64,000 nt of DNA from an uncultured Caldisericales bacterium (GCA_964613055.1 CAZTGD010000006.1:5340-69339), one strand, 5' to 3'. Numbered from the stretch's first letter, positions 48,650 through 59,894 are shown. Notes: generated by a model not told the origin, from the letters alone. Translations and numbers: made by a program.

Positions 48650-51600
48650 TTAATTATTTCCAGTCACGAACAACTGGGGTGCTTTTATCCAAAGGTTTCT
48701 GTCCAATCCAGCCTCTTGGTCATACAGATCATTTACAAACATGAACGTAATTATGTGGTTACCTTGTGTCTGACGAAAACTGATTTGCTTTGATTCATAC
48801 TGCTGTGATGAAATGTCGATCGATTCAATTAACTGTCCATCAACTAGAATCCTCAGCTGAGCATTTTCTTCACCGGCCTTATCCTGTCTGGCAAGAAAGG
48901 TCAGGACTACATCCGAATCGCTGTCAATATAAAACTCACCTGTAGCAGAACTGTTTGACATGAACACCGTTTCCTCACCGATGATCTTGACCAGGTTCTT
49001 CGACTCAGTAAGTGAGAATGTGATCTGTTGACTCGGAAATGATTTAACCCCCAGCTCCAGCAACAAAGTTGCCAAAGGGTGGTTCCAGTTTCTTTCCCAA
49101 TGAAGGTTATTGATTATGAGATCAGGTTTGCTGTCACTTGTGAGGAGGCATAGATGACCCATTACTATGAAGTCAACATCGTATCCTCGCGCGTTAATCT
49201 TAACCATTGGCATCCCACTTGGACTCTCATACTCTCCAGTTAATATTGAATCTAACAAAGCCTTTCTCCCATGGTTATAATCACAGGCATTGGCAAGCAT
49301 AAAACGTGTCAGGCTGGGAAATTTCTGTTTATTGAGGGGAATCATACCGACTGGTTTTTGTGGTTCCGCCTTGTACTCGATATCTATTCCCATTTCATCC
49401 AACACACTATCATCTACTCCATCCAGTATCACAGTTGATTCAGCTGAGAGTTCCTTAAGATCAACACCCTTACAGCCTTTACCATAGTAGTAAACGCAAG
49501 GATCAGCTATATTATTGCCTGATTTAAATCCCAATACTGAAAGCATGATAGATGAAGCCTTACTGGATACGAGAGGTGTGTTATTACTATCATTGGTTTT
49601 GTCATCAACATATCTTATCAATTCAGACAGGATTTCACCGCATCTAGGTTCGCTTGTAAACTTCTGTTCGATGGCAACCGTTGAAAAAACACCCATAGTC
49701 GGAACATCAACTATTGGATAGAACTGCCCCCAACCCGTACCCGCACACAGCATGGGTTTGCATGGAAGCCCATTGATTAGCTTGAACGCATCCCTGGCTA
49801 CAATGTTGTCACCAGCAAAGAATCTCATCAGCTCATCTGCATCCCAACTGCCAAAGTCACTGACCCAGCTTGTGGTTGTAAATCCATCCTGGAATCTGTT
49901 TCTGCAGAGTTTACCCACTCCAGCAGTTCTCAGTGGTATGTAATCCAGGTTATCCTGCGGAAAAAGGATGACATATTTATTATTCAGCTTGAAGAGATCA
50001 GCGTCTTTCATCAAAGCATTTGGCGCTACAACGACAGGCAGGTCTCCATTTATACCATCAATTTCTTTGATAACTTCAAATGAAAAACCGGCATGATTAA
50101 GCTCTTTTGAAAATGCATTATTTATGTCTAACAGTTGAAACTTGGGAGCAGAAAACTCATAGGGGTAAATATGCATCTCGTGTGTTTCTTTGTGTACAAT
50201 TTCTCCATCTGATCGCATGTTCATCTTCAAAGGAAGGTTTTTTTGTGTGTTTACAGGTGGAGTTTTGGTGCTGATCTCAATCACCTTGCTCTCAGAAGGA
50301 TTTATTATCCCTGACCATTTCCCACTGTCTTCTGCAAACTCCCATTTGAAATCGATACTTTTAGGTTTCTCTGACCAGTTCTGCAGATACACTGTTCTGT
50401 CTAGTGTTCTGTCAGCGAAGTGATAGTTGTCATGCTGTATGACAAAAAAGCGAGTGGGTTTGTACAATTCGCACGTTGCACTGGCTACCAACTCACCATC
50501 CTCAAGTGGATTCCAAGGGTTGAATGCGGATACTCCCTGCACTCGGAATGCTGATACGTAGTGGTCAAACAACTCTGTTTTAGCTTCCATCTTGTATCGA
50601 TTAATATCTTCAAGTGAAACATCTCCGAGTACGACAGAGCTGGCATACATAGGCTCTGGTAACCAGAGAAACTCACCCATGTACATCGGTTTGTCTCGAT
50701 TCCATGTATAGGGACCTGCAGGGAAACTACCACAGATGAACTCTTCATCAAAGAAGTATGCATCTTGAGGATATGTATGGTGAGTTGAAGGTTCATGACA
50801 ATAGTGCAGGTTGTATATGTCAGCACAACCGTTTGGATCATCATCCCCTTCAAACATTATCAGTCTGTTGGACGTTTCTTTGACATACTCACCGAGTTGT
50901 TCCAATCGATCTGGCACTCCTTCGTAGACACCTCCTCCTGTCAGTAACAGCTCATTCTCAATTGATGCAATCACCCAGCTCGGATGGTTGTAGTCCCTGT
51001 AGATATGTTCATTCCAGGTATTTTTTAAGTTTGCCCAGAACAGATCAGAACCCAGATCATACCTGTCACCCATAGTCCATGCAGATGACTCATTGATAAT
51101 GAGTAGACCTTTCTCATCTGCGACATCCAGGAATTCCTCGGGGAATGGATTTGCATGGAGTCTGAGTGCATTAGCATTCATTGACTTCACGCGTCCAATG
51201 AGACTCTGTGCATAATCCTTAGCATGAGATTCAACAGGCCAAATGTGCTTGGAGCAGGCTCGAAGATATATCTTTGTCCCATTCAGATAGAAATCAGACC
51301 CTCTTATCGAAAACTCTCTGAATCCAAATCTTTCAGTCAGCGAATCTATTAAAGTATTATTCTTTTTAATCCTAACAACAGCGTTATAGAGATTTGGCGA
51401 CTCGGGACTCCACAATCTTGGATTGCCCCATGAAGAAGATAGTTCAGCTCTTCCTCCGTTTCTATCCACTTCAAACTCTGAGCTTGGCAATGATAATACT
51501 TTTCTTCCATCAAGTGTTTCAATGACTACTTCAGCAGTGAAAGCACCGTAACCCTCTTCAGGCACACTGACATCGGCAAACACACAGATCATATGGTTTG

Positions 51601-52207
51601 AAACACTGGTATCTATCCAGACCTTCTCAATGTGTGTCCGAGGTTTCCTGACTATCTCTGATGGTATCCACATACCAGCCATATGTGGAGCAGAACCAAC
51701 TGGAAAGATTATGGATGCTTTTGGAAGTGTGTGCTTGTTAATTGGTGTTTTTATTTCTAAACCACTTCTCAAACATGCATTCACATCCTGAACTCCGAGA
51801 ATAACCTTGTTTTTACCATGCATAAGGAGATCAGTCACGTTGAACTCAAAGGGAAGATATCCACCAAGATGAGTGCCAGCCGGTTTACCATTAACCCATA
51901 ACCTTGCTTTGAAGTTAACGGCTGGGAACTTGAGAAACAGCAAATCCTCTCCATCCCATTCAATCTCCCCTTTGTAATACCCACAGTTGAATGGCTCATC
52001 GGCAGTTATCTGTTGAATAAACCAGTTATGAGGGAAGAGTAAAGGTTTCCAGCCATCCTCTGGAACATTATCCAACGTGAGTTTGTCAGCCCATGACGGA
52101 GCGAAAAACTCAAAAACGGGGTCATTGATGACTGTGATCTCCTCACCTTTACCAAAAGGTGGAACTATTTGAAGCAGTGTCAACAATACTACAAGCACAA
52201 CCTTCAT
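48650..52207 (-). CDS. Secreted glycoside hydrolase family 2-like enzyme (beta-galactosidase/mannosidase-type) with extra C-terminal domains
   Basis: Signal peptide. GH2 sugar-binding-domain pattern (ARLWVNGKPAGTHLGGYLPFEFNVT). Acid/base motif NHPSWVIASIENE. Confidence 0.65.
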   Translation of the reverse strand: MKVVLVVLLTLLQIVPPFGKGEEITVINDPVFEFFAPSWADKLTLDNVPEDGWKPLLFPHNWFIQQITADEPFNCGYYKGEIEWDGEDLLFLKFPAVNFKARLWVNGKPAGTHLGGYLPFEFNVTDLLMHGKNKVILGVQDVNACLRSGLEIKTPINKHTLPKASIIFPVGSAPHMAGMWIPSEIVRKPRTHIEKVWIDTSVSNHMICVFADVSVPEEGYGAFTAEVVIETLDGRKVLSLPSSEFEVDRNGGRAELSSSWGNPRLWSPESPNLYNAVVRIKKNNTLIDSLTERFGFREFSIRGSDFYLNGTKIYLRACSKHIWPVESHAKDYAQSLIGRVKSMNANALRLHANPFPEEFLDVADEKGLLIINESSAWTMGDRYDLGSDLFWANLKNTWNEHIYRDYNHPSWVIASIENELLLTGGGVYEGVPDRLEQLGEYVKETSNRLIMFEGDDDPNGCADIYNLHYCHEPSTHHTYPQDAYFFDEEFICGSFPAGPYTWNRDKPMYMGEFLWLPEPMYASSVVLGDVSLEDINRYKMEAKTELFDHYVSAFRVQGVSAFNPWNPLEDGELVASATCELYKPTRFFVIQHDNYHFADRTLDRTVYLQNWSEKPKSIDFKWEFAEDSGKWSGIINPSESKVIEISTKTPPVNTQKNLPLKMNMRSDGEIVHKETHEMHIYPYEFSAPKFQLLDINNAFSKELNHAGFSFEVIKEIDGINGDLPVVVAPNALMKDADLFKLNNKYVILFPQDNLDYIPLRTAGVGKLCRNRFQDGFTTTSWVSDFGSWDADELMRFFAGDNIVARDAFKLINGLPCKPMLCAGTGWGQFYPIVDVPTMGVFSTVAIEQKFTSEPRCGEILSELIRYVDDKTNDSNNTPLVSSKASSIMLSVLGFKSGNNIADPCVYYYGKGCKGVDLKELSAESTVILDGVDDSVLDEMGIDIEYKAEPQKPVGMIPLNKQKFPSLTRFMLANACDYNHGRKALLDSILTGEYESPSGMPMVKINARGYDVDFIVMGHLCLLTSDSKPDLIINNLHWERNWNHPLATLLLELGVKSFPSQQITFSLTESKNLVKIIGEETVFMSNSSATGEFYIDSDSDVVLTFLARQDKAGEENAQLRILVDGQLIESIDISSQQYESKQISFRQTQGNHIITFMFVNDLYDQEAGLDRNLWIKAPQLFVTGNN

Positions 52208-52280
52208 ACTGCACCTCTTTGCTTATCGTTCATGTAAAATTGGCAGTTACAAGTCTGGAATGCTTATTCAGCAATATATT

Positions 52281-53843
52281 CTATAAATTCTTTGAATCTT
52301 TTTTTTGTATATCAAGCCAATCTAATAACGCCTCAACTACCTTTGGATCAAACGCTCTACCTGACTGTCTTTGTAGCCAGTTCACTTCTGTGTCAATTCG
52401 AAGCATATCAAGCGCATTTGTGAAGTAGTTTTCTGTTCTGTATGAGAGTGACTGGGCAAGATGAAGTATTCGAGAGAGTCTTGGTATTTGTTCACCTTTG
52501 AGACCTTTTGGATATCCAAGTCCATCCCACCTTTCGTGATGAGTAGCTACAATCTCTGCACAATCAGAAAGTTCCGGCTGATGCTCTAACAGCTCAGCTG
52601 TCCTAAGCGGGTGGTCATGAACATCTTTTAGTATGCCAGAATTAAGTGTGCTTGTCCCGTGTACCAGGTATCTCTGGAGTGTTTCGTAATCAAGGTAGAT
52701 TAGGGAGACATCGATCAACTTCGCTGACAGCATGAGCGTTTTAATGTCCTCAGATGACAATTTCAATGCCTTACACAACTGGCTTAATACCAGATTCATA
52801 TTGCTAAGTCTTCTTGACAGAACTGGATGCATTGAGTCAACAAGTCTTGAAACAGATATGAGGTGAGATGTGTATATATTCGATAGAGAATCCTCCGTTT
52901 TCATCCTGGCATAGGAGTCTGAGATAATGGTAATACATACATCACTCAGATTTCTTGATAAACTCGATTCGGCATTTTTTGGTGTTATCACCAATGAGGT
53001 GCCAAAGTGTATGTTGTCAAATACAACTGGTTTTGACGTTAACAGCCTCCCATCAGGTAGGCTGTTTATATAATCCTCTTGACTCTCAATAATCGAATAG
53101 ACTTCTTCTTGAAAGACGTCAAAAACACTTTTCCCAATATTTCCTCTCTCAGAACAATCAATTATTTTCCATCCATCAGATAGAATAGCATTGACTGAGG
53201 TTCCCTTGGCTAGAGGAATATTTGATAGAATCGATCTTTTATTTATGCTCTCATTCAACAGATTAAATATGCTGTTGAATTCAGTAATGTTGGATGTTAG
53301 TAGTTTTGACAACTCATGATTGTTTCTATCCAAAGAGGATGACAGAATTGAGCTATCTGTGAGTATTCCGAGTTGAATCGATGAGTTTCTTAGTAGTATC
53401 TGTTCGTTAGATTTATATGGACTAATTTTCTTTGCATATGCAAAAACACCCTGCAAAACCTGCCTTTTTTTCCATGGTATGAACAAGAGATGTAAAGTAC
53501 CATTATCATAATCTACACTCATGGACAGTTTATGCTCTACGCTCAATCTCCCCTCTATCTCTGGTATTTTTTCCCTGATTATATCTAATACCTTTTTCTC
53601 CACTTGTGGGGATGAGCTCCATGATGATAGTATTGATAGTTTCTCTCCTCTACCGATTGATGCCATTATCGCAGAAATGGAATCGGTAGCTCTGACAACA
53701 TTAACCAAAGCATCCCGAAGTTTGGATTTCGATGTTACTCCCGAGAAAATCCTTTCATACCAGTTGTAGAATATATTCAGCTGTTCGTATGTACTAGCCA
53801 ATTCCTCTAACAGAATTTCATCTTTATCCATGGATGCTACCAC
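52281..53843 (-). CDS. HD-GYP domain c-di-GMP phosphodiesterase-type protein with an N-terminal sensory region
   Basis: C-terminal HD...HHERWDGLGYPKGL motif. Confidence 0.75.
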   Translation of the reverse strand: MVASMDKDEILLEELASTYEQLNIFYNWYERIFSGVTSKSKLRDALVNVVRATDSISAIMASIGRGEKLSILSSWSSSPQVEKKVLDIIREKIPEIEGRLSVEHKLSMSVDYDNGTLHLLFIPWKKRQVLQGVFAYAKKISPYKSNEQILLRNSSIQLGILTDSSILSSSLDRNNHELSKLLTSNITEFNSIFNLLNESINKRSILSNIPLAKGTSVNAILSDGWKIIDCSERGNIGKSVFDVFQEEVYSIIESQEDYINSLPDGRLLTSKPVVFDNIHFGTSLVITPKNAESSLSRNLSDVCITIISDSYARMKTEDSLSNIYTSHLISVSRLVDSMHPVLSRRLSNMNLVLSQLCKALKLSSEDIKTLMLSAKLIDVSLIYLDYETLQRYLVHGTSTLNSGILKDVHDHPLRTAELLEHQPELSDCAEIVATHHERWDGLGYPKGLKGEQIPRLSRILHLAQSLSYRTENYFTNALDMLRIDTEVNWLQRQSGRAFDPKVVEALLDWLDIQKKDSKNL

Positions 53844-54231
53844 CTACATTCAATACAGAATTGATGACAGCGACTAAACCCGACGGAGAGAAGGGTTTGG
53901 TCATGAATTCAGAAGCCCCTAAACGCATCGCTTTTGTTTTGTCCTCCTCCTGCCCCCTGCAGGTAAGAACTATAACAGGTATTGTTTTCAGTTTGCCATT
54001 TTTCTCCATGTGTTCGAGTATCTCAAAACCAGACATAACCGGTAACATGAGATCAAGGATGATAATATCTGGGTTTTTACTATCTATTAATTCAAGAGCT
54101 TCCTCCCCCTCATGAGCAAGGAGCACCTCAAAACCAGAGTTCTCAAGCACATATCGGATCAACTTTGCGATTGCAAACTCATCCTCTATTACTAACACCT
54201 TTGTTGGTTCTGCATCATCAGTCATTGGCAC
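53824..54231 (-). CDS. Single-domain response regulator receiver (CheY-like)
   Basis: VLVIEDE, DIIILDLMLP and LTCRG motifs. Overlaps the HD-GYP gene. Confidence 0.75.
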   Translation of the reverse strand: MPMTDDAEPTKVLVIEDEFAIAKLIRYVLENSGFEVLLAHEGEEALELIDSKNPDIIILDLMLPVMSGFEILEHMEKNGKLKTIPVIVLTCRGQEEDKTKAMRLGASEFMTKPFSPSGLVAVINSVLNVGGSIHG

Positions 54232-54748
54232 CCTCCTTTTGAGTTGCTATAGGTACGATATCTGCCCATACCCATGGTCTGTGAGGGTGGCTGTTTAGAA
54301 TATACTCATCTATAATCATAACCTCACCTGACATTTCATTATACAAAGGACTCCCTCCGGTATACATGGTGTCCTTGGGGTCAGCATATCTGTTTAGTTC
54401 ATTTGATTCTATCCACTCTTCTAACTGAAGGGTTTCATTTGGAGACAGTTTTTTCAACCAATGTGAAGGGATGTTTAACCATGGCCTGTCTCGATTATTA
54501 CTCCTAATAAAATCAAGTCTTTCATCATAGCTTTCAAATTTCATTGTGGAGTATTCATGAAGTTCTAGTAGGTCTACTCCTCTCGGATCAAGACCTTCCC
54601 ATGCGATCCAAGCCTCAACCATTGGTGCTTCATCGGGTGTTATGGGTCCAACCGGAACTCCGCCAAAGACAGCCACTGAAACCAGAATAGATGCAATCAG
54701 GAAGACAGCACTCACAGCAACCGCACTAGGTACACTCATTTTACTCAT
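54218..54748 (-). CDS. Hypothetical membrane-anchored exported protein, first gene of the RR/HD-GYP operon
   Basis: N-terminal TM/signal anchor (AVAVSAVFLIASILVSVAVF). No family assignment. Confidence 0.4.
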   Translation of the reverse strand: MSKMSVPSAVAVSAVFLIASILVSVAVFGGVPVGPITPDEAPMVEAWIAWEGLDPRGVDLLELHEYSTMKFESYDERLDFIRSNNRDRPWLNIPSHWLKKLSPNETLQLEEWIESNELNRYADPKDTMYTGGSPLYNEMSGEVMIIDEYILNSHPHRPWVWADIVPIATQKEGAND

Positions 54749-55090
54749 GTTTAGCTCCGAACATATGACCTATATTATAATACACAGTCAGATGAAGTAA
54801 AGCGTTGTTGTCAATACGTTTGTTGAGAAATGTTAACATTTTTGCAATAAGTTCTATCAGCTAAAACTATCTTTCAATTGGTCTAGCATACTAAAAGTAG
54901 CAACTATACACAGATGAATTAGACTTACACCCAAAGTACAACAGTGATCAGCTACAGTATGAATCGCATACAGATAAAGGATTATCAATCAAAGAAGGTT
55001 TTAGGAATAATGAATCTATTCATAATAATAGTAATGCGTATGTTCTGAAATGAACCAACAAATATCATACCACATAGAAACACATCACCT

Positions 55091-55130
55091 AAAAAAACCG
55101 AAACCCCCCTGTGGCCTAGGAGGGGGGTTT
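55091..55130 (-). terminator. Rho-independent terminator for the 55190..56212 gene
   Basis: Minus strand reads AAACCCCCCTCCTAGGCCACAGGGGGGTTT followed by CGGTTTTTTT. Confidence 0.5.
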
Positions 55131-55189
55131 CAAGTAACGGAAACAAAGGAGAGTTGCTTGATTGCTTACGCAACTGCCTACATTACACC

Positions 55190-56212
55190 CTATTCAATCT
55201 TTTTGTTCCCAATATTCACTCTGATACGGTTGTAGATAAACAAGCCAAGGAGCACGAGCAGGAATATGACAGCCGATATGACTATCATCATAATGAGGAA
55301 ACCAATAAACCACACAGCACCATCCTGGATGTCATTCCAAAGACGATGAAGACCGCGTACAAATCTTGATGGCTCAGAGGTTGGCTCAATCTCAACATCT
55401 GGCTGGCTAATCGTCATGTGGATTCGGGACATCGATGTCATGGCTCTCAGATACTTCATCCTTCCCTCTATCTGATCGACTTCCTCTTGAACCTGCTGAA
55501 TCTGATAGTAGATATCAATAGAATCATCGACATCCTTTGCCTTGCTGTAGAACTTATTCAACTCAGCAATAAGCATTTTCTTTGAGGAGAGTCTGCTTTC
55601 CAGGTCCACATACTCCTCTGTAACATCATCTTCTGATTCGCTTCTATCAATCACATCACCAAGTTGATAAATGGTTTCAATTACTGAATCGAAGTGTTCA
55701 GTTGGAACTGAAAGTGTGCAGGTTATGGTCTGATACCTTTTATCTTCGTAATCAGAAACATTTTCATTGTAATCTGAAACCCTACCACCTACAGACATTG
55801 CCTTCTGTTTAGCACTGGAGTATATCTCATAGGGATTCTCTCCCTTGATACGGATATTCGCATCCTTCTTTATCATCCTGTTCCACTCACCAGCACTGAC
55901 AGAACCAATAGAGATAGGTGAACTTACATCACGGTGATAGCTGGAATCCGGCATTTCCGCCATGGCTAGGTCATCAACAGCACCCGCTGGACTTCCAGAG
56001 TTTGTAGTTGATTTTTGAGCTCTCTCCATATCGAATTCATCTTCAGTATCATAGGAATAGCTTTCACTTGGTGTCTCTTCATATCCCCAATCACCATCAT
56101 AATCGTAGCTGTCACCACCACTACCCAGACTCGTCATCACAACAACAGATGCTACAAACGCTATCACAACTCCAACAACGATCACCCACTTCATATTCTT
56201 GTTTACTTTCAT
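55190..56212 (-). CDS. DUF4349-like membrane protein (N-terminal anchor, coiled-coil middle, C-terminal TM pair)
   Basis: Topology and composition resemble DUF4349/anti-sigma-like proteins. Assignment from general architecture only. Confidence 0.35.
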   Translation of the reverse strand: MKVNKNMKWVIVVGVVIAFVASVVVMTSLGSGGDSYDYDGDWGYEETPSESYSYDTEDEFDMERAQKSTTNSGSPAGAVDDLAMAEMPDSSYHRDVSSPISIGSVSAGEWNRMIKKDANIRIKGENPYEIYSSAKQKAMSVGGRVSDYNENVSDYEDKRYQTITCTLSVPTEHFDSVIETIYQLGDVIDRSESEDDVTEEYVDLESRLSSKKMLIAELNKFYSKAKDVDDSIDIYYQIQQVQEEVDQIEGRMKYLRAMTSMSRIHMTISQPDVEIEPTSEPSRFVRGLHRLWNDIQDGAVWFIGFLIMMIVISAVIFLLVLLGLFIYNRIRVNIGNKKIE

Positions 56213-56319
56213 TCTTTCTAATTCCTTTCTATTACATTTTCTATCATACAGTTCTTCATTCTATTAGTTCCAAGAACCGAGAGGGGGCATTTCGAATCTG
56301 ATGATTTACTTGTCTCAAA

Positions 56320-57246
56320 CTACGTTCTTTTCTGATAACCCTGGGTATCGAGATACTCCAGGATGTCGTCTGTAGTCGGTGAATTAAAGACAGTGAAGTC
56401 TTCTCTGCCTGAAAGGAATGATAGTTGCCGTTTTGCGTATCGTCTTGTATCAGTTTTCATACGTTCAAGAGCGAAATCGATAGTGCATATACCGTGAAGA
56501 TGGTCGAGTAGGGCAGGGTACCCATGCCCCATGACGTCTCTCACATATGGTTCAAGTCCGTCTTTGATGATCATTTCAATCTCTTCTAATAACCCATTTT
56601 CTATCATCTCATCGACTCTCAGATTTATCCTTCTGTAAAGGTCTTGCCTTGGTCGAGTAATGCCAACCTTGAGAAAATCAAATGGTAAAATAATCTTTTC
56701 TCTGAACACCTCTGAACGTGGTCTGCCCGTGATCGTAATGATTTCAAGAGATCGAATTATTCTTCTGCGGTCGGCAGGTGAAATCTTTTCTGCTGACTGC
56801 GGATCGAGTTTTTTAAGTTCTTCATAAAGACAATCTAGCCCATCGCTATCAGCTCTTTCCTCAAGGTTCTCTCTCAGCTTCAAGTCGGCAGGTGGTGTTG
56901 GAGAGAATCCATCAACCATGCTGGCTATCCACATATACGTCCCACCAGTTACGATGGGTAGTCGTTTCCTTTGAAGAATTTCTTGAATGACATCTTCTGC
57001 ATCGGTAAGATACCTTGAAACATTGTACCTGTCTCTGACAGACACATGTCCTATCAGGTGATGGATGACTCCACTCATCTCCTCAGTGGTTGGTCTGGCT
57101 GTGCCTATCATCAACTCCTTATAAACCTGTTGTGAATCAACTGAAACTATATCTCCACCGACTGCTTTTGCTACCTCAACGGCAAGTTTTGTCTTTCCGC
57201 TTGCAGTCGGTCCAAAGATGATGAGTACGGTTTTATCTTTGTTCAT
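56320..57246 (-). CDS. miaA: tRNA dimethylallyltransferase
   Basis: P-loop GPTASGKT and VDSQQVYKELMIGTARPT are MiaA-typical. Confidence 0.85.
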   Translation of the reverse strand: MNKDKTVLIIFGPTASGKTKLAVEVAKAVGGDIVSVDSQQVYKELMIGTARPTTEEMSGVIHHLIGHVSVRDRYNVSRYLTDAEDVIQEILQRKRLPIVTGGTYMWIASMVDGFSPTPPADLKLRENLEERADSDGLDCLYEELKKLDPQSAEKISPADRRRIIRSLEIITITGRPRSEVFREKIILPFDFLKVGITRPRQDLYRRINLRVDEMIENGLLEEIEMIIKDGLEPYVRDVMGHGYPALLDHLHGICTIDFALERMKTDTRRYAKRQLSFLSGREDFTVFNSPTTDDILEYLDTQGYQKRT

Positions 57247-57745
57247 TACACTTTATATTATATCTTAAGAAACTGTCTGACAAGAAGCGAATGGCAGTGA
57301 TCCATGCCTTATTATTGTCTAACAACATCATAGATGAATTGGTTAGTGACCAAACCAGATATTGAGTAGTTTTGTTTTAATGTGATACAGCTTAGCCATA
57401 TCTGAGTCTATTATAACTCTTTTCCCTTGACCATGTAGATGAGATTTGTAATATCCCCTATCTTATCATTGTACTTAAGATCTTTTGCTAATGAGAATAA
57501 TGACTTTAGATCGTTATTTTTATTTCGCATACCTGATAGTTCAGTTTGCATCTCACCTCCATAAATATGTCATATTGTTTCAACTCCATAACAAATCGTA
57601 GTAAATATAACACGAATTTGTTGTTCAGAGTTGAATACTGTTTTGATAAAATGTCGATTTAGTGTATTGATGTCAAATGTCAGCACCTTCACAGATAAGT
57701 GGTTTGTGGTATAATGTTGCTGAATCGGGAAAGATAAGGTGACAT

Positions 57746-59890
57746 ATGAAAAAAGCCACAAAGATTGTATGCTTGATGATATTGATGATCTCATTAGTTA
57801 TGACTCCTGTGATAGTTTCTTTTGCCAATACATCAAATCATTCCATGTTGATGGTTCTCCAGCCAAATGGAGGGGAGATGTGGGGTTCGGGTGAAACACA
57901 CATCATTGCATGGGCATCTGGTGGATTAAACCCACAAGGACGCATATTCATTTATGTGGGAGATGAGGGTAACTGGAGTAAAATTGCCGGACCTATGCCC
58001 GTAACACTCAACGCATGGTCATGGAACATAAAAGACCCTGGATGCACCCACGCCAAGATAAAAGTCGTCTGTTATGTTGAATCAAATTGTCAGATAATGG
58101 ATATTTCAAACGGGTACATAACCCTCACTGGCACAAAACCCACACTACAACCACCAACACTTATTACACCGTTGAACAACACGATTGAAGTCTCAACTAA
58201 ACCAACGTTCACATGGGAAGCAAACACCATGTCATACTCATACAGATTACAGATTTCCAGATATGAAACCTTCACAGATATATATATGGACAGATGGATT
58301 ATTGACGATACCTCATACAAACCCGAATACTCGCTACCAGACGATTCAAAGCTATACTGGAGAGTTGCGTCATACGACTCTAGTGGCAACCCCAGTTTGT
58401 GGTCGTATCCATGGTCATTTTCCACCGGCAGAGCAGATAATGCAGACTTCTTTATGGCAAACGGCAAGGTGACCACTGAAAATGGCTACCTGTTGGATGA
58501 CGTATATATGGATTTCGTCTGTCAACACAACTCAAAACACCAACCTCAACCGGTATTAACTGATTACAGGGGATACTGGACACAGACAGGATTTGAATCA
58601 GGATACACATACAAGGTTATACCCAGCAAACCCGGCTACACTTTTGACCCACCTCAGATGTTCATCGAACAGTGGAACTCATCGGATATAAACTTCACTG
58701 CAAAATCGATACTCTCAGGATCGATAACGGTTGCTTGGCCCAACGGCATGGAAACCATCAAAGCTGGTGAAGAGAAGAAGATCCTATGGACATCCACCAA
58801 CCTAAATCCAAAAGCGAAGATCTATATCAGCCTGATCAAGAGCATCGGACCGAGTGAACTCATTGCAGGACCAATTTCCAGCAACACCCGATCGTTTACA
58901 TGGATTGTACCCAACTACGAAATACATATGGCAAAGATCAGGATTGAATGCAGAGAGGATGACAAGCTAACGGCAATAGATGAGAGTGACTGGTGGTTCA
59001 AGATCTCAAAAGAGCCCCAAATCCAACTCAGACCATCCCTCACATCACCCTTAAATGGTCAGCAGTGGGTGTCAACACATCCAACACTCTACTGGGAACC
59101 GATCACCAGTTACGACAACTATCAGGTACAACTCAGCGACAACCCATACTTCACCAACCTCATCATCGATCGCTACACAACCAACACCTGGGTCAACATC
59201 ACCCCCAGTCTGAATTATGGCATGAAGTACTACTGGCGGGTCAAGGCTTTCAACAATGCAACCAACGACACAACAGAGTGGAGCTACTGGAATCACTTTA
59301 CCACCGGATACGAGAGAGAAGAGGAAACCTGGCAGGCACAAGGTTGGGTGGAGGACGACAACGGCAACCCCGTCTATGGATGCATGATTTCATTCGTGTC
59401 ATTGTCAGGAAACGCCTCTGTGCCAGCGGTTGCTGTCACAAATGATAAGGGGTTCTGGTCACAGACGGGCTTTGTATGCGGAGAGGAGTACAAGGTATAT
59501 CCCGCCATTCAGGGTGTTTCATTCAGCCCCTCAAGCATGGTCATATCTGAGTCCGTATCCTCTAGTATTAACTTCACTGCTTTCGGTCTGGGTTCATCGG
59601 CTGACCTGATCGTCCGATCCCCTGAGGCTGGTTCATACAAGCGTGGCACAACCCAGTCCATCTCCTGGTCGGTCAACTCCATCCCTGAAGACGCAGTCTT
59701 CTATATCAGCCTCATGCACGACGGAAAGGTTACCCAGATTGACGGACCACTTCCTTCCTATGACCGTCACAAGGTGTGGACAGTGCCAGACATCATCACA
59801 AATGACGCAAGGATAAGGGTGCAGGCATGGCGAAACGCCCAGATCATAGCAGAGGCAAAGGGACCCACATTCTCAATAACAGGACCATAG
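57746..59890 (+). CDS. Large secreted protein with internal Fn3-like and other triplicated repeats
   Basis: Signal peptide. Repeats ...TFTWEANTMSYSYRLQISRYETF... / ...TLYWEPITSYDNYQVQLSDNPYF... and GPMPVTLNAWSWNIKD / GPISSNTRSFTWIVPN / GPLPSYDRHKVWTVPD. Ends 4 bp before the RM gene. Confidence 0.55.
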   Translation: MKKATKIVCLMILMISLVMTPVIVSFANTSNHSMLMVLQPNGGEMWGSGETHIIAWASGGLNPQGRIFIYVGDEGNWSKIAGPMPVTLNAWSWNIKDPGCTHAKIKVVCYVESNCQIMDISNGYITLTGTKPTLQPPTLITPLNNTIEVSTKPTFTWEANTMSYSYRLQISRYETFTDIYMDRWIIDDTSYKPEYSLPDDSKLYWRVASYDSSGNPSLWSYPWSFSTGRADNADFFMANGKVTTENGYLLDDVYMDFVCQHNSKHQPQPVLTDYRGYWTQTGFESGYTYKVIPSKPGYTFDPPQMFIEQWNSSDINFTAKSILSGSITVAWPNGMETIKAGEEKKILWTSTNLNPKAKIYISLIKSIGPSELIAGPISSNTRSFTWIVPNYEIHMAKIRIECREDDKLTAIDESDWWFKISKEPQIQLRPSLTSPLNGQQWVSTHPTLYWEPITSYDNYQVQLSDNPYFTNLIIDRYTTNTWVNITPSLNYGMKYYWRVKAFNNATNDTTEWSYWNHFTTGYEREEETWQAQGWVEDDNGNPVYGCMISFVSLSGNASVPAVAVTNDKGFWSQTGFVCGEEYKVYPAIQGVSFSPSSMVISESVSSSINFTAFGLGSSADLIVRSPEAGSYKRGTTQSISWSVNSIPEDAVFYISLMHDGKVTQIDGPLPSYDRHKVWTVPDIITNDARIRVQAWRNAQIIAEAKGPTFSITGP

Positions 59891-59894
59891 AAAC

